This document shows, in pieces, positions 8,640 to 18,724 of a stretch of 60,681 bases of DNA. A model generated the notes under the pieces. The model searched no databases and was not told the DNA's origin. It saw only the letters and a list, made by a program, of their open reading frames with translations. Source of the stretch: Patescibacteria group bacterium (GTDB lineage Bacteria; Patescibacteriota; Microgenomatia; UBA8517); contig JALHYA010000004.1 in NCBI GenBank assembly GCA_022868165.1, positions 149,432 through 210,112 of the forward strand, written 5' to 3'. Positions within the stretch are counted from its first letter, which is position 1; every line of letters begins with the position of its first letter. A program made the position numbers and the translations under genes.

Positions 8640-10172
8640 GTGCTTGCCAAAATCTCTTCGGGTGCAGCCGTTGGCCTTGATGCTACCCTGGTTGATGTTG
8701 AAGTTGATATCGCAGAGGCCGGTTTACCTTCATTTACCATAGTCGGGCTTCCCGATAAAGCGGTTGAAGAGTCGAAGGAAAGGGTGCGTTCGGCTATTAA
8801 AAACAGCGGTGCGGATTTCCCCATAAGTAGAATTACCGTGAATTTGGCTCCCGCCGATTTGCCAAAGGCTGGGCCTGCCTACGACCTGCCCATAGCCTTA
8901 GGGATATTAATAGCTTCGGGCCAGATTAGTCCGGATCTAGCCTTAAGTCTGTTTCTGGGCGAGCTTTCCTTGGATGGAAGCCTTAGGCACACAAATGCGA
9001 TTTTACCCATGGCCTTTTTGGCCAAAGAAAAGAGATTTAAAAAAGTTTTTGTGCCTAAAATTAACGAAAAAGAGGCCAGTGTAGTGTCCGGCATAGATGT
9101 TTATCCTGTCGAATCCCTGCTGGAGCTTGTGCGCTTCTTTGCCAAAACTTTGGAAATCGAGCCTGCCCCCAAAATAAAATTAACCTCATTGTTGGTCAAA
9201 AGCGAAGCTGAATTCGACTTTTCCGAAATAATCGGCCAGGAAGCTGCCAAAAGGGCAATGGAAATAGCAGCAGCAGGTGGACACAACATCTTTATGAAAG
9301 GAAGTCCGGGCTCGGGAAAAACCATGCTGGCCAGAGCTCTGCCCGGAATTCTGCCCACAATGACGGAGGATGAGGCTTTGGAGGTAACCAAAATCTACTC
9401 AATAACCGGAAATCTTCCGCAGGGAGAATCAATTGTTTCAGCCAGGCCTTTTAGAAGTCCCCATCATACAACCAGTAGAATTGGTCTTATTGGAGGAGGC
9501 TCGAATCCTTCTCCTGGGGAGATTTCTCTTGCTCACAGAGGAGTGCTTTTTTGCGATGAATTTCCCGAGTATCCCAGGAACGTCTTGGAATCTTTGCGCC
9601 AGCCAATGGAGGATGGGGTAATCACAATATCACGTGCCAAAGGCTCCGTAACCTATCCGGCGACCTTTATTCTCGTTGCAGCTTCGAATCCCTGCCCCTG
9701 CGGCTATTATGGCGACCCGAAGCGTGCCTGTACCTGTCTGCCGGGGCAGATTGCCAGGTATGAAAAAAGAGTTTCAGGGCCCATCCTGGACAGAATCGAT
9801 ATTCATATTGATGTGCCGTCGGTGGAAGCCCAGAAATTGGTAGGGAAGTCGGATGTTAAAAGCGAGGCTTCAAGATTAATCCAAAAAAGGGTGCAGAAGG
9901 CTAGGGAAGTACAGAATAAACGTTTTAAAAACACAAAGATAAAGTCAAACAGCGAAATGAATACAAAAGAGGTTAAAAAATTCTGCGAGCTTTCGGATGA
10001 GTGTCGTACAATGTTGACAAGTGCCGTTGCGACAATGAATTTAACAGCAAGGAGTTATTTCAAGGTAATTAAGATTGCCCGGACAATTGCGGATTTGGCT
10101 GGAGAAGCCAAAATAAGTACTCTCCATATCGCCGAGGCTCTCCAATATCGTCCCAAAGATATATTATATTAA
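8640..10172 (+). CDS. comM: YifB/ComM family Mg-chelatase-like ATPase
   Basis: GTG start giving MLAKISSGAAVGLDATLVDVEVDI as in homologues. Walker A GSPGSGKT. C-terminal MCM/ChlI-like region. Confidence 0.9.
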   Translation: MLAKISSGAAVGLDATLVDVEVDIAEAGLPSFTIVGLPDKAVEESKERVRSAIKNSGADFPISRITVNLAPADLPKAGPAYDLPIALGILIASGQISPDLALSLFLGELSLDGSLRHTNAILPMAFLAKEKRFKKVFVPKINEKEASVVSGIDVYPVESLLELVRFFAKTLEIEPAPKIKLTSLLVKSEAEFDFSEIIGQEAAKRAMEIAAAGGHNIFMKGSPGSGKTMLARALPGILPTMTEDEALEVTKIYSITGNLPQGESIVSARPFRSPHHTTSRIGLIGGGSNPSPGEISLAHRGVLFCDEFPEYPRNVLESLRQPMEDGVITISRAKGSVTYPATFILVAASNPCPCGYYGDPKRACTCLPGQIARYEKRVSGPILDRIDIHIDVPSVEAQKLVGKSDVKSEASRLIQKRVQKAREVQNKRFKNTKIKSNSEMNTKEVKKFCELSDECRTMLTSAVATMNLTARSYFKVIKIARTIADLAGEAKISTLHIAEALQYRPKDILY

Positions 10173-10192
10173 CAGTCTGATAAAATGCGCAT

Positions 10193-10660
10193 ATGCGTTT
10201 AGTAATTCAGAGGGTAAGAAAAGCCAAGGTTACCGTTCCGGGAAACGGCAAGGTTGTGGGGCAAATAGGTCCTGGCCTTTTTGTTCTGGTTGGTGTTAAA
10301 AAAGGAGATACACTTGCGGACGCAGAAGTTTTGGCCGAAAAGCTTTTAAAATTGCGAGTAATGGCAGACAAAGAAAAAAAAATGAATCTCTCTGTAGGTG
10401 ATATTGGGGGAGAATTCCTGGTTGTTTCCCAATTTACTTTATACGCCGATACATCCGGCGGAAACAGGCCGTCTTTTATCAATGCTGCAGAGCCGGAAGA
10501 AGCAAAAAAAGTTTATGAACATTTAGTCTCTCGACTCAAAGAAAAGGGTGCAAAAGTCGAAACCGGTAGTTTTGGAGATTATATGGAAATTGAAACGGAG
10601 CTGGATGGTCCTGTAACTATTGTCTTTACCACAAAAGGCCCCGAGCATTTGCTTGGGTGA
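10193..10660 (+). CDS. dtd: D-aminoacyl-tRNA deacylase
   Basis: MRLVIQRV start and SQFTLYADTSGGNRPSF motif. Confidence 0.9.
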   Translation: MRLVIQRVRKAKVTVPGNGKVVGQIGPGLFVLVGVKKGDTLADAEVLAEKLLKLRVMADKEKKMNLSVGDIGGEFLVVSQFTLYADTSGGNRPSFINAAEPEEAKKVYEHLVSRLKEKGAKVETGSFGDYMEIETELDGPVTIVFTTKGPEHLLG

Positions 10661-10687
10661 CCTTTTGTACACTAGAAAGTTCAAAGA

Positions 10688-10825
10688 TTAGTTTCCACCA
10701 ATTTTGAACATTGTTGTGCCGCAAACTTCACAAACAGCCTTTGTGGCTTTCTTTCCGTTTTTCATTGTTACGGATTGAGCGTTCTTTCCTTCTCTCTTTG
10801 CTCGACACTTTACACAGTACATCAT
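10688..10825 (-). CDS. Small zinc-ribbon protein, DUF5679-like (45 aa), absent from the ORF track
   Basis: My translation is MMYCVKCRAKREGKNAQSVTMKNGKKATKAVCEVCGTTMFKIGGN, with two CxxC pairs. GGGGGTG RBS upstream. Confidence 0.75.
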   Translation of the reverse strand: MMYCVKCRAKREGKNAQSVTMKNGKKATKAVCEVCGTTMFKIGGN

Positions 10826-10866
10826 TTAACATTCACCCCCTTTCCTGGGCAGATATCTGCTTGGCT

Positions 10867-11148
10867 TTAATGCCAGGCTAAGTATATCACTAGCTCCAAG
10901 GCTAGAATGAAGCTAACGAGAAGTAGGCTTCTTAGTATCGCACGCTTGGCCAACCTTAAATCGTCTTGTTTGGCCAATGTCACGGCACTTTTTTGAACGT
11001 GAGAAGCTCCAGATTCAGCCTCAGAGCCTCTAGTAATTTGCCCCTTGACACCCGAGGCTAAACTCTCTTTTTTAGCCTCAGGAGACCAAGAGACGGTAAA
11101 GTGGTGATGAGGTGCAACCTTCTGGTCCCTTGTCCTTCTTTTGCCCAT
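10867..11148 (-). CDS. Hypothetical protein with basic N-terminus and C-terminal TM helix
   Basis: 93-aa ORF co-oriented with and 41 nt upstream of the DUF5679 gene. No domain recognised. Confidence 0.45.
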   Translation of the reverse strand: MGKRRTRDQKVAPHHHFTVSWSPEAKKESLASGVKGQITRGSEAESGASHVQKSAVTLAKQDDLRLAKRAILRSLLLVSFILALELVIYLAWH

Positions 11149-11201
11149 TTGGCTATATCAAACATCCTTGACAGGGTATTTGCAAGATGTAAAAATGTCG
11201 G

Positions 11202-11654
11202 ATGAATGTCATTTACGTTATCCTCGCGGTTTTGGCCATTTGGCTTTTGGCACTAACGGTTTTCTTTATTATTTTTCGGCTTTTTTTTGCCCGGTTGGTC
11301 AAAGGAACCAAGCAAGAAGACTTAAAAAAGACCTTGGAGGCAATTTTAGCCCTTGAGGATAAAAATGCTAGTGATTTAATTAAAGTAGACAGAGAAATTA
11401 AAAGGCTTGAAGATGATGGCAAATTCCATGTTCAAAAGATGGGGTTGGTCCGCTTTAATCCCTTTAAAGAAACAGGAGGAGATCACAGCTTCTCCTTAGT
11501 TCTTTTAGACGCTAAAGATACCGGTGTAGTAATAACGGGATTGCACACACGGGAGCGTACAAGAGTTTATCTTAAATCGGTTAAAGAAGGCCGGCCCGAG
11601 TTTGAGCTTTCGGAGGAAGAGAAGAAAGCTCTTTTTAGAGCCCAAAGAGGCTAA
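11202..11654 (+). CDS. DUF4446 family protein
   Basis: N-terminal TM helix and RFNPFKETGGDHSFSLVLLDAKDTGVVITGLHTRERTRVY motif. Confidence 0.75.
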   Translation: MNVIYVILAVLAIWLLALTVFFIIFRLFFARLVKGTKQEDLKKTLEAILALEDKNASDLIKVDREIKRLEDDGKFHVQKMGLVRFNPFKETGGDHSFSLVLLDAKDTGVVITGLHTRERTRVYLKSVKEGRPEFELSEEEKKALFRAQRG

Positions 11655-11655
11655 A

Positions 11656-12876
11656 ATGAAAGAATATTTAGACAAAATTTCAAAGTTTATTTCGTCAAAG
11701 GTATTTATGACCTTCCTGACGTTTTTCGGAATATACCTTTTTTCAACAGGAATTTCTTACGCCGTGTTTTCGTACTTGGTAGCAAAACCGTCGGTTCCGA
11801 CATCTACGGGAACTGGAATTGGAGCTACCCGGTCAAAAATAAGTGCCGATCTTCCAAAAACGGAGGTGTGTCCAATAAACGGCGGAAAGTTCACAAAAAT
11901 TGAAAAAGGTATTTGGGAAACCCGACGCCCGATTGCCGCAATGATTGAAAATCACCAAGAAGCCCGTCCGCAATCCGGCCTTTCCCATGCGGATGTAATT
12001 TATGAGGCGGTGGCCGAAGGAGGGATAACCAGATTTTTGGGGATATTCTACTGCGGAGCAGCTTCGGAGGATGTAAAAATTGCTCCCGTTAGAAGTGCAA
12101 GAATTTACTTTGTTAACTATGCCGCGGAGTACGGAAACTTCCCGATATTTATGCATGTGGGAGGTGCCAATGACTATTCGGGTTTCGGAGACACAGTACC
12201 TTCGGTTCGCGCCCTTGAAGCTTTGGAAACAATGGGATGGAGAGTCCCGGGTGGAAATGATTTCGATACGACCTATGATTCGGGATTTCCCGTTTTCTGG
12301 CGCAATTATGACAGACTAGACCATCCGGTTGCTACAGAGCATACGATGGTAGCTTCTTTGGATGCAGCATATGCCCAGGCAGCAAAAAGAGGATTTGGGG
12401 CCAAGGATGAAAAAGGTGTGTCGTGGGATAAGAACTTTGTTTCTTGGAAGTTTGCGGACGACAAGCCTGTGGGTTCTGCGGACGCAAAGGATATTAGTTT
12501 CAATTTTTGGGATAGCATGTCGGGCTACACGGTGGAATGGAAATATGATTCTGGGAAAAACGGCTACTTGAGATTTAACGACGGTAAGCCGAATACGGAT
12601 TTGGAAAACAACCAACAACTTTTTGCGAAAAACGTTGCAATTGTCTTTGCTATAGAAACAGGTCCCGTTGACAGAAACCTTCATATGTTCTATACAACCA
12701 TAGGAGCAGGGAAGGCCCTTGTTTTTCAAAACGGAACTGTTATAAAAGGAACTTGGGAGAAGGATTCTCGAACTGCTCGAACGGTTTTCTTTGACGGGAA
12801 CGGAAAAGAAATATCTTTTGTTCGAGGAACTATCTGGATTGAAGTTGTTCCTGCCTTAAACAAGGTGACTTACTAG
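11656..12876 (+). CDS. DUF3048 domain protein (YerB-like)
   Basis: ENHQEARPQSGLSHADVIYEAVAEGGITRF motif. I chose the ATG at 11656 (MKEYL) rather than the track start at 11602, which overlaps the previous gene. Confidence 0.8.
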   Translation: MKEYLDKISKFISSKVFMTFLTFFGIYLFSTGISYAVFSYLVAKPSVPTSTGTGIGATRSKISADLPKTEVCPINGGKFTKIEKGIWETRRPIAAMIENHQEARPQSGLSHADVIYEAVAEGGITRFLGIFYCGAASEDVKIAPVRSARIYFVNYAAEYGNFPIFMHVGGANDYSGFGDTVPSVRALEALETMGWRVPGGNDFDTTYDSGFPVFWRNYDRLDHPVATEHTMVASLDAAYAQAAKRGFGAKDEKGVSWDKNFVSWKFADDKPVGSADAKDISFNFWDSMSGYTVEWKYDSGKNGYLRFNDGKPNTDLENNQQLFAKNVAIVFAIETGPVDRNLHMFYTTIGAGKALVFQNGTVIKGTWEKDSRTARTVFFDGNGKEISFVRGTIWIEVVPALNKVTY

Positions 12877-12897
12877 TCAAGGCCTGCCCCAAGCAAA

Positions 12898-13482
12898 ATG
12901 GCCGAGCTATCAGACATCATTACCTCAAAAGTTAGGATTAAGATTTTGGAGTTATTTTTCTCCAATCCGAAAGAAATGTATCATGTGCGCGGAATTGTCA
13001 GGGAAATAAAAGAAGAAATAAATGCCGTTAGGCGTGAACTTTCTCATCTTGAGGCAAATGGGATATTAAAGAAAGAGCAAAGAGGAAATAGAGTTTATTA
13101 TTGGGTAAGGAGCGACCACCCGCTTTACGGAGACTTTGTCGGCATGGTTTCAAAGACAACCGGTTTGGGCAAAACGATTGTCGATAATAAAAACAAAATC
13201 GGAAAAGTTCTTTATGTGATGTTTTCGGGCAAATTTGCCAGAAGAAAAGACAGAAAAACAGACGACCAAGTGGATATTTTGGTTGTAGGCGATGTTGTTT
13301 TGCCGGAACTTGCAACCTTGATACGTCTTGAAGAGTCAAAAAGGGGGAAGGAAATAAACTATACGGTTATGAGCAAAGACGAGTTTGATTTCAGAAAAAA
13401 GAGGCGCGATCCTTTCCTTTTGGGCATTCTTTCGGGTAGTCGCACAATGATTATCGGGGACGAGGAGGAGTTGGTAGGCTAA
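12898..13482 (+). CDS. Winged-helix (ArsR-like) transcriptional regulator with C-terminal domain
   Basis: N-terminal wHTH pattern KVRIKILELF ... VRGIVREIKEEINAVRRELSHLEANGIL. Confidence 0.65.
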   Translation: MAELSDIITSKVRIKILELFFSNPKEMYHVRGIVREIKEEINAVRRELSHLEANGILKKEQRGNRVYYWVRSDHPLYGDFVGMVSKTTGLGKTIVDNKNKIGKVLYVMFSGKFARRKDRKTDDQVDILVVGDVVLPELATLIRLEESKRGKEINYTVMSKDEFDFRKKRRDPFLLGILSGSRTMIIGDEEELVG

Positions 13483-13487
13483 CTTCA

Positions 13488-14810
13488 ATGGGATTATCCG
13501 GCCCACTTAAGAAAGTTATTGTTATTTTTTTGCTGACGCTTGTTTGTGTATATGTTAGTTTGTCGCCGGGTTTCAATTTTCTGGGAAAAAGCTTTAAATT
13601 GCCGGGACTTGATGTAAAAATCGGCAACCTGGAAATAAAGAGGAACTTCAATTTGGTCTTGGGATTGGACTTGGCCGGAGGAAGCCATCTGGTTTTTGAA
13701 GCCGACACATCGCAACTCAGCTCCGGAGATAAAAAAGATGCTCTAGAATCAGTAAAGAGCATTTTTGAGCAACGGGTAAACTTCATGGGAGTTTCTGAGC
13801 CCAATATTCAGCTCTCGTCCTTTGAAGGAAAAGATAGAATAATCGTTGAACTTCCGGGAATAAAAGATACCCAAGCTGCAGTTTCTTTGATAGGAAGGAC
13901 GGCAAGATTAGATTTTCGTGAGTTTATAGACGAGAAGGATGCAACCCAAGGCGCGACTCTTCTAAATACAAGACCCACTGGGTTTACGGGTGCGGATTTT
14001 AAAAAGGCGACACCCGATTTTGATCAGCAGCTGTCAAGGCCAATTATTTCTTTTGAAACAAAACAGGAATCTGCCCAAAAATTTGGGGAGATTACTACGA
14101 AATTAGTAGGAAAATATCTGATTGTTTTTTTAGATGACGCCGTTCTTTCAATTGCAACGGTGCAAGAGCCGATTACACAAGGAAAGGGACAGATTAGCGG
14201 GGCTTTTACGGTAGAACAAACCAAACTTTTATCAAAATTAATGAACGCCGGTGCTTTGCCTGTTCCGGTAATGCTTGTTCAGGAGCAGACAGTTGGAGCA
14301 ACTTTGGGGGCAGAGTCCGTATCAAGAAGCGTCCGCGCCGGACTGGTGGGACTTGGAATGGTGCTTTTATTTATGTTTTTGGCATACGGAAAACTGGGTC
14401 TATTTGCCGATTTAGCGCTTATCATCTACGGAATCCTGACCCTGGCGCTTTATAAATTCATTCCCGTTGTTCTGACACTTCCCGGCATCGCAGGATTTTT
14501 GCTTTCGGTTGGAATGGCAGTTGACTCCAACATTTTGATATTCGAGAGATTCAAGGAAGAAAAACCCAGAAGACCATTGGCGGATGCTTTGGAGGTTTCT
14601 TTCGGAAGAGCTTGGGATTCAATCAGAGATGCAAATATTGCAACACTTGTAACCGCATTTGTTTTGGCAAATCCTCTTGATTGGAGTTTTCTTAATACCT
14701 CGGGACCTGTCCGGGGATTTGCCATTACCCTGGCGTTGGGAATAGGACTTAGCTTATTTACCGGAATCGTCGTGGTTAGGAATTTGTTAAGAGTATTTAT
14801 ACGCAAATGA
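13488..14810 (+). CDS. secD: Protein translocase subunit SecD
   Basis: LGLDLAGG motif, periplasmic domain, and C-terminal 6-TM region with GIAGFLLSVGMAVDSNILIFER. Confidence 0.9.
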   Translation: MGLSGPLKKVIVIFLLTLVCVYVSLSPGFNFLGKSFKLPGLDVKIGNLEIKRNFNLVLGLDLAGGSHLVFEADTSQLSSGDKKDALESVKSIFEQRVNFMGVSEPNIQLSSFEGKDRIIVELPGIKDTQAAVSLIGRTARLDFREFIDEKDATQGATLLNTRPTGFTGADFKKATPDFDQQLSRPIISFETKQESAQKFGEITTKLVGKYLIVFLDDAVLSIATVQEPITQGKGQISGAFTVEQTKLLSKLMNAGALPVPVMLVQEQTVGATLGAESVSRSVRAGLVGLGMVLLFMFLAYGKLGLFADLALIIYGILTLALYKFIPVVLTLPGIAGFLLSVGMAVDSNILIFERFKEEKPRRPLADALEVSFGRAWDSIRDANIATLVTAFVLANPLDWSFLNTSGPVRGFAITLALGIGLSLFTGIVVVRNLLRVFIRK

Positions 14811-15676
14811 TTAGGTGGATGCACTATCGGCTTTTATACGCTGCCATTTCCGGAATTGTTATTGCCGTGGGAATTTTTAGTCTATTTAAGTGGGGCTTAA
14901 ACATTGGCATTGATTTTAAAGGAGGGGCTATTTTGGAATATAAATTTGCCAAGCAGGTTTCGGAAGAGCAGATATCCTCAATTGTAAAAAATGCTGGTGG
15001 GGTAGCCTCAATACAAAAAACAGGAGACGGTTCGTATTCGATTAGGTTTGCTCCAATCGATTCCAATCAGAAAACCGTAATTACCGCCCTTCTGCAAAAG
15101 AATTTCGATGCCGAGGAGTTAAGATTTGAAAATGTGGGCCCCACAATTGGTCCGGAACTTGTCAAGAAAACAGTCTATGCTCTTTTAATTTCGGCCAGTG
15201 CAATTCTTCTTTGGGTTGCATACCAATTCAAAAGCATTAAGTTTGGAACAAGTGCGGTTTTGGCGATGTTTCATGACTCGATTGTTCTTATTGGAATGTA
15301 TTCTTTATTGGGACACTTCTTCGGGGCAGAGGTCGATTTTCTTTTTGTAACAGCACTTCTTACAATTCTTTCTTTCTCTGTGCACGACACAATTATTGTT
15401 TACGACAGAATTCGAGAGGCTCATCGCAAAACAGGAGGCGATGTCGCGGAACTGGCAGATAAAGCTATGACCGAAACAATGGTTAGGTCTTTAAATAATT
15501 CTTTTACGATAATATTTATGCTTGTAGCACTTATTCTTTTGGGTGGAACGACAGTCAAGTGGTTTGCTGCAGCTTTATTAATAGGAACCATTTCCGGAAC
15601 TTATTCTTCTCCTTTTGTTGCGGTCCCGATTCTTGTTACCTGGGACGAGATAGAAAAGAAAATTAAGAGGCGCTAA
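14807..15676 (+). CDS. secF: Protein translocase subunit SecF
   Basis: GIDFKGG motif and HDTIIVYDRIRE. ATGA overlap with secD. Confidence 0.9.
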   Translation: MIRWMHYRLLYAAISGIVIAVGIFSLFKWGLNIGIDFKGGAILEYKFAKQVSEEQISSIVKNAGGVASIQKTGDGSYSIRFAPIDSNQKTVITALLQKNFDAEELRFENVGPTIGPELVKKTVYALLISASAILLWVAYQFKSIKFGTSAVLAMFHDSIVLIGMYSLLGHFFGAEVDFLFVTALLTILSFSVHDTIIVYDRIREAHRKTGGDVAELADKAMTETMVRSLNNSFTIIFMLVALILLGGTTVKWFAAALLIGTISGTYSSPFVAVPILVTWDEIEKKIKRR

Positions 15677-17036
15677 TTTCCTTTAGTCTTTCTAAGAGAG
15701 CTTCTTTTGTATTATCGAGTTTTTTCTCGACAACTTCTTCGAATAGTTTATTTAGTATTTCGCCTACCCTAGGTCCTGAGCCAAGTCGAAGGACTTTCAT
15801 TACATCATTCCCGTCGATTTTAAGGTCGCGGACACTAAACGGCTCTTTTTGAACTTCAATCAAGCGTTTTTTAAATTCTTCGAGTCTCCATGAGGTTTCT
15901 GCTGCTCCTCCGCCAAGCCTGTCTGCAACTCTCAAGGCCAGCATATCTTCAAGATTTTCCTTACTGACGTTTCTAATGAATCGGCGAATTGCCGAATCGG
16001 TTTGCCTCTCGTCGACGGTAAATTGATGCCAGCGGACGAGAGTAATAAGTCTTTCTCTTTCTTTGTTCGGAAACTTAAGCCGGTCGGAAATGTTTTCCGC
16101 AATTTTTGTTGAAATTACCTCGTGGTTGTAAAAAGTGATGGTTCCGTTTGTCAGTTTTTTGTAGGTTGCCGGCTTTCCGATGTCGTGAATTAGTGTTGCG
16201 AACCGGACCAAAGGGTCGGGGGATTTACAATTTTTTAGCGATATCAATAAATGTTCTCCAACATCATAAATATGATGCCTGCCCGGAGATTTTTGCTCGA
16301 CTCCAAAAGCCTTTTCCATTTCCGGAAGTATTTCTGCCATCAACCCAGAATTTTTGAAAACAAGAACTCCATCGTAAGGGTGCGGGGACTTAAGAAGCTT
16401 AAAGAGCTCCTCTTTGACTCTTTCTTTGGCAATTCGATTTATTAAAGCGGCATTTTTCTTTATTGCTTCGAGAGTTTTTTCTTCGATGGTAAATCCCAAT
16501 TCTGCCGCAATCCTTATTGCCCTCATCATTCGCAAAGCATCTTCGGAAAACCGCTCGTCCGGATTTCCGACCGCCCTGATAATTTTTCTTTTTAAATCCT
16601 TCTGACCTTCGTAATAATCAATCAACTCACTTTTTGCAGTCAGGGCCATAGCATTTATGGTGAAATCTCTTCGGGCCACGTCGTCTTTAAGTGTTTTACC
16701 CCATTCAATTTTGTCGGGGCGACGCGAGTCCGAATATCCAAATTCCTTTCTGAATGTTGTTATCTCATAAGGATTCGGGGATGACGGGTGTGATATCCCT
16801 ACGGTGCCGAAAGTGTTGTCATAAAACCCTTCGGGGAAAACCTTAAGAATCTGTTCGGGCGTTGCATTTGTGGTGAAATCCCAATCGTAAACTTCCTTGC
16901 CCATTAGGATGTCGCGGACAGCACCGCCGACAATATATGCCTCAAAATCGGCACCTTCGAGTTTTTTTAGAATATCCAAAACATAGTCTGGAAGATGGAC
17001 CAGCATTGCGATACCATTATACTTCAAGAAAGTCAC
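15663..17036 (-). CDS. cca: CCA-adding tRNA nucleotidyltransferase with HD domain
   Basis: YIVGGAVRDILMG head-domain motif, RDFTINA, HD motif LIHDIGK. The start could also be the internal ATG at 17006. Confidence 0.85.
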   Translation of the reverse strand: MTFLKYNGIAMLVHLPDYVLDILKKLEGADFEAYIVGGAVRDILMGKEVYDWDFTTNATPEQILKVFPEGFYDNTFGTVGISHPSSPNPYEITTFRKEFGYSDSRRPDKIEWGKTLKDDVARRDFTINAMALTAKSELIDYYEGQKDLKRKIIRAVGNPDERFSEDALRMMRAIRIAAELGFTIEEKTLEAIKKNAALINRIAKERVKEELFKLLKSPHPYDGVLVFKNSGLMAEILPEMEKAFGVEQKSPGRHHIYDVGEHLLISLKNCKSPDPLVRFATLIHDIGKPATYKKLTNGTITFYNHEVISTKIAENISDRLKFPNKERERLITLVRWHQFTVDERQTDSAIRRFIRNVSKENLEDMLALRVADRLGGGAAETSWRLEEFKKRLIEVQKEPFSVRDLKIDGNDVMKVLRLGSGPRVGEILNKLFEEVVEKKLDNTKEALLERLKEISAS

Positions 17037-17050
17037 TTCGAGGAAATAAA

Positions 17051-18724
17051 ATGGTCCACAAAAAAAGATGGGAAATTCTTGGTAAAGGGGCTGCGATTAT
17101 TGATATTCTTCTGAAAAACCGGGGAATTAAAACCGAAGGTCAAAGGCGGGAATTTTTTCATCCGATTCATCCCAAAGATTTAACTCTAAAAGAAGTTGAA
17201 ATTAAAAAGAGCGAAGTTGAAAAAGCTCTTAATAGAATTGAAAAAGCCAAAAAAAGCGGTGAGAAAGTTATTATTTACGGAGATTATGATGCCGACGGAA
17301 TTACTGCAACCGCCATTTTGTGGGAAACTTTATCTGCGGCGGGGTTGGATGTATCCCCATATATTCCGGAAAGATTTACGGAAGGATACGGATTCAATAT
17401 CGAAACGGTTAAAAAACTGAAAAGAGAGAATTCCGGTTTGGGTCTAATAGTCACAGTCGATCATGGAATAACTGCCAAGAGTCAGGTTGCATTTGCCGAA
17501 AAAATCGGCATAGATGTAATAATTTGTGACCATCATCAGCTGCAGAAATCAAAACCGAAAGCCTTCTCGGTTTTGCATACAACCAAAATAGGTGGAGCGG
17601 AAATTTCTTGGATTTTATCGAGAGAAATAAGAAAGAGATTTAAAGTTCCTTCAAACAAGCTCCCTCTTGGAGACGGATTGGATTTGGCTGCAATCGGAAC
17701 AATTACCGATGTCTTGCCGCTTTTGGGCCCTAACCGCTGTTTTGCAAAGCATGGATTGGAAGCCTTAAATGATACAAAAAGACCGGGTCTTAAAAACCTT
17801 TATGAGGAGGCAGGAATAAAGCCTGGCACCGTGGGTTCTTTTCAGGTTGGGTACTTTATCGGTCCAAGAATTAATGCAATGGGGAGACTCAAACACGGAA
17901 TTGAATCCTTAAGACTTCTTTGTTATCGAACCAACGAAAAGGCCAAAATACAATCGTATTTATTAGGGAAAACAAACCAAGAGCGTCAAAAAATCGAGGA
18001 AGATGTGATTTTGCACGCAAAAAAAATAATTGAGGGGAGAGATGTGCAGAGAATTGTTGTAGTTGCCCACGAAAGCTATCACGAAGGGGTTATCGGGCTT
18101 GCCGCCAGCCGGATAGTTGAAACTTATCATAGACCCGCCATTGTAATTTCCAAAAAAGATAAAATCTCAAAAGGTTCTGCCCGTTCCATTGCCGGATTCG
18201 ATATTTTTAGGGCGATTATGAGTCTCAAAGAGGAATTTGGTATCGATGGCGGAGGCCATACAATGGCTGCAGGTTTTTCCATTGCTACGGAAAAAATTAA
18301 TGAATTTACAAAAAGAATTAATGAGTACGCACAGGAATTTTTAAACGAAGAGACTCTTTCCAAAAGGATAAAAATTGACACGGAAATTCACTTTAATCGA
18401 ATAAACTTGAAACTTCTTCAAACATTAAAGTCCTTCGAACCAACGGGTTTCGGAAATCCAACCCCGGTTTTTGCTACAAGCGGCGCTATGGTGGTTGATG
18501 CAAGAGGGGTCGGTGCGGATGCAAAACACTTGAAATTGACGGTTCAGGAAGCGGGAGTAAAAATTAATGGAATAGCATTCAGGAAAGGTGATATATTACC
18601 CGAACTGTCTCCAAAAATTCCGGTCGATATTGCATACAATATCAGCGAGGATAATTGGAATGGACGCAGGGGTTTGCAGTTGGAAGTGAAAGATATTAAA
18701 TGGAAAAAGAATTCAAAAATTTAA
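17051..18724 (+). CDS. recJ: Single-stranded-DNA-specific exonuclease RecJ
   Basis: DHH motifs (GDYDADGITA, VDHGI, CDHHQ) and GGHTMAAG. I chose the start at MVHKKRW, because the longer track ORF overlaps cca on the opposite strand. Confidence 0.9.
   Translation: MVHKKRWEILGKGAAIIDILLKNRGIKTEGQRREFFHPIHPKDLTLKEVEIKKSEVEKALNRIEKAKKSGEKVIIYGDYDADGITATAILWETLSAAGLDVSPYIPERFTEGYGFNIETVKKLKRENSGLGLIVTVDHGITAKSQVAFAEKIGIDVIICDHHQLQKSKPKAFSVLHTTKIGGAEISWILSREIRKRFKVPSNKLPLGDGLDLAAIGTITDVLPLLGPNRCFAKHGLEALNDTKRPGLKNLYEEAGIKPGTVGSFQVGYFIGPRINAMGRLKHGIESLRLLCYRTNEKAKIQSYLLGKTNQERQKIEEDVILHAKKIIEGRDVQRIVVVAHESYHEGVIGLAASRIVETYHRPAIVISKKDKISKGSARSIAGFDIFRAIMSLKEEFGIDGGGHTMAAGFSIATEKINEFTKRINEYAQEFLNEETLSKRIKIDTEIHFNRINLKLLQTLKSFEPTGFGNPTPVFATSGAMVVDARGVGADAKHLKLTVQEAGVKINGIAFRKGDILPELSPKIPVDIAYNISEDNWNGRRGLQLEVKDIKWKKNSKI

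Noticed and set aside
8611-8642. Promoter TTGGCT-N16-TAAAAT upstream of comM implying a leaderless mRNA
   Set aside because: Only 4 nt separate the -10 from the GTG start. The predicted TSS would therefore fall inside or after the start codon, so the geometry is inconsistent.
11602-11655. Upstream extension of the DUF3048 ORF, and the alternative ORF at 11141-11356
   Set aside because: Both overlap the better-supported DUF4446 gene. The extension encodes a low-complexity basic peptide and a proper ATG follows at 11656.
16937-17050. Extended N-terminus of recJ in the ORF track
   Set aside because: It overlaps the cca coding region on the opposite strand. The conserved RecJ sequence begins after the Met at 17051.
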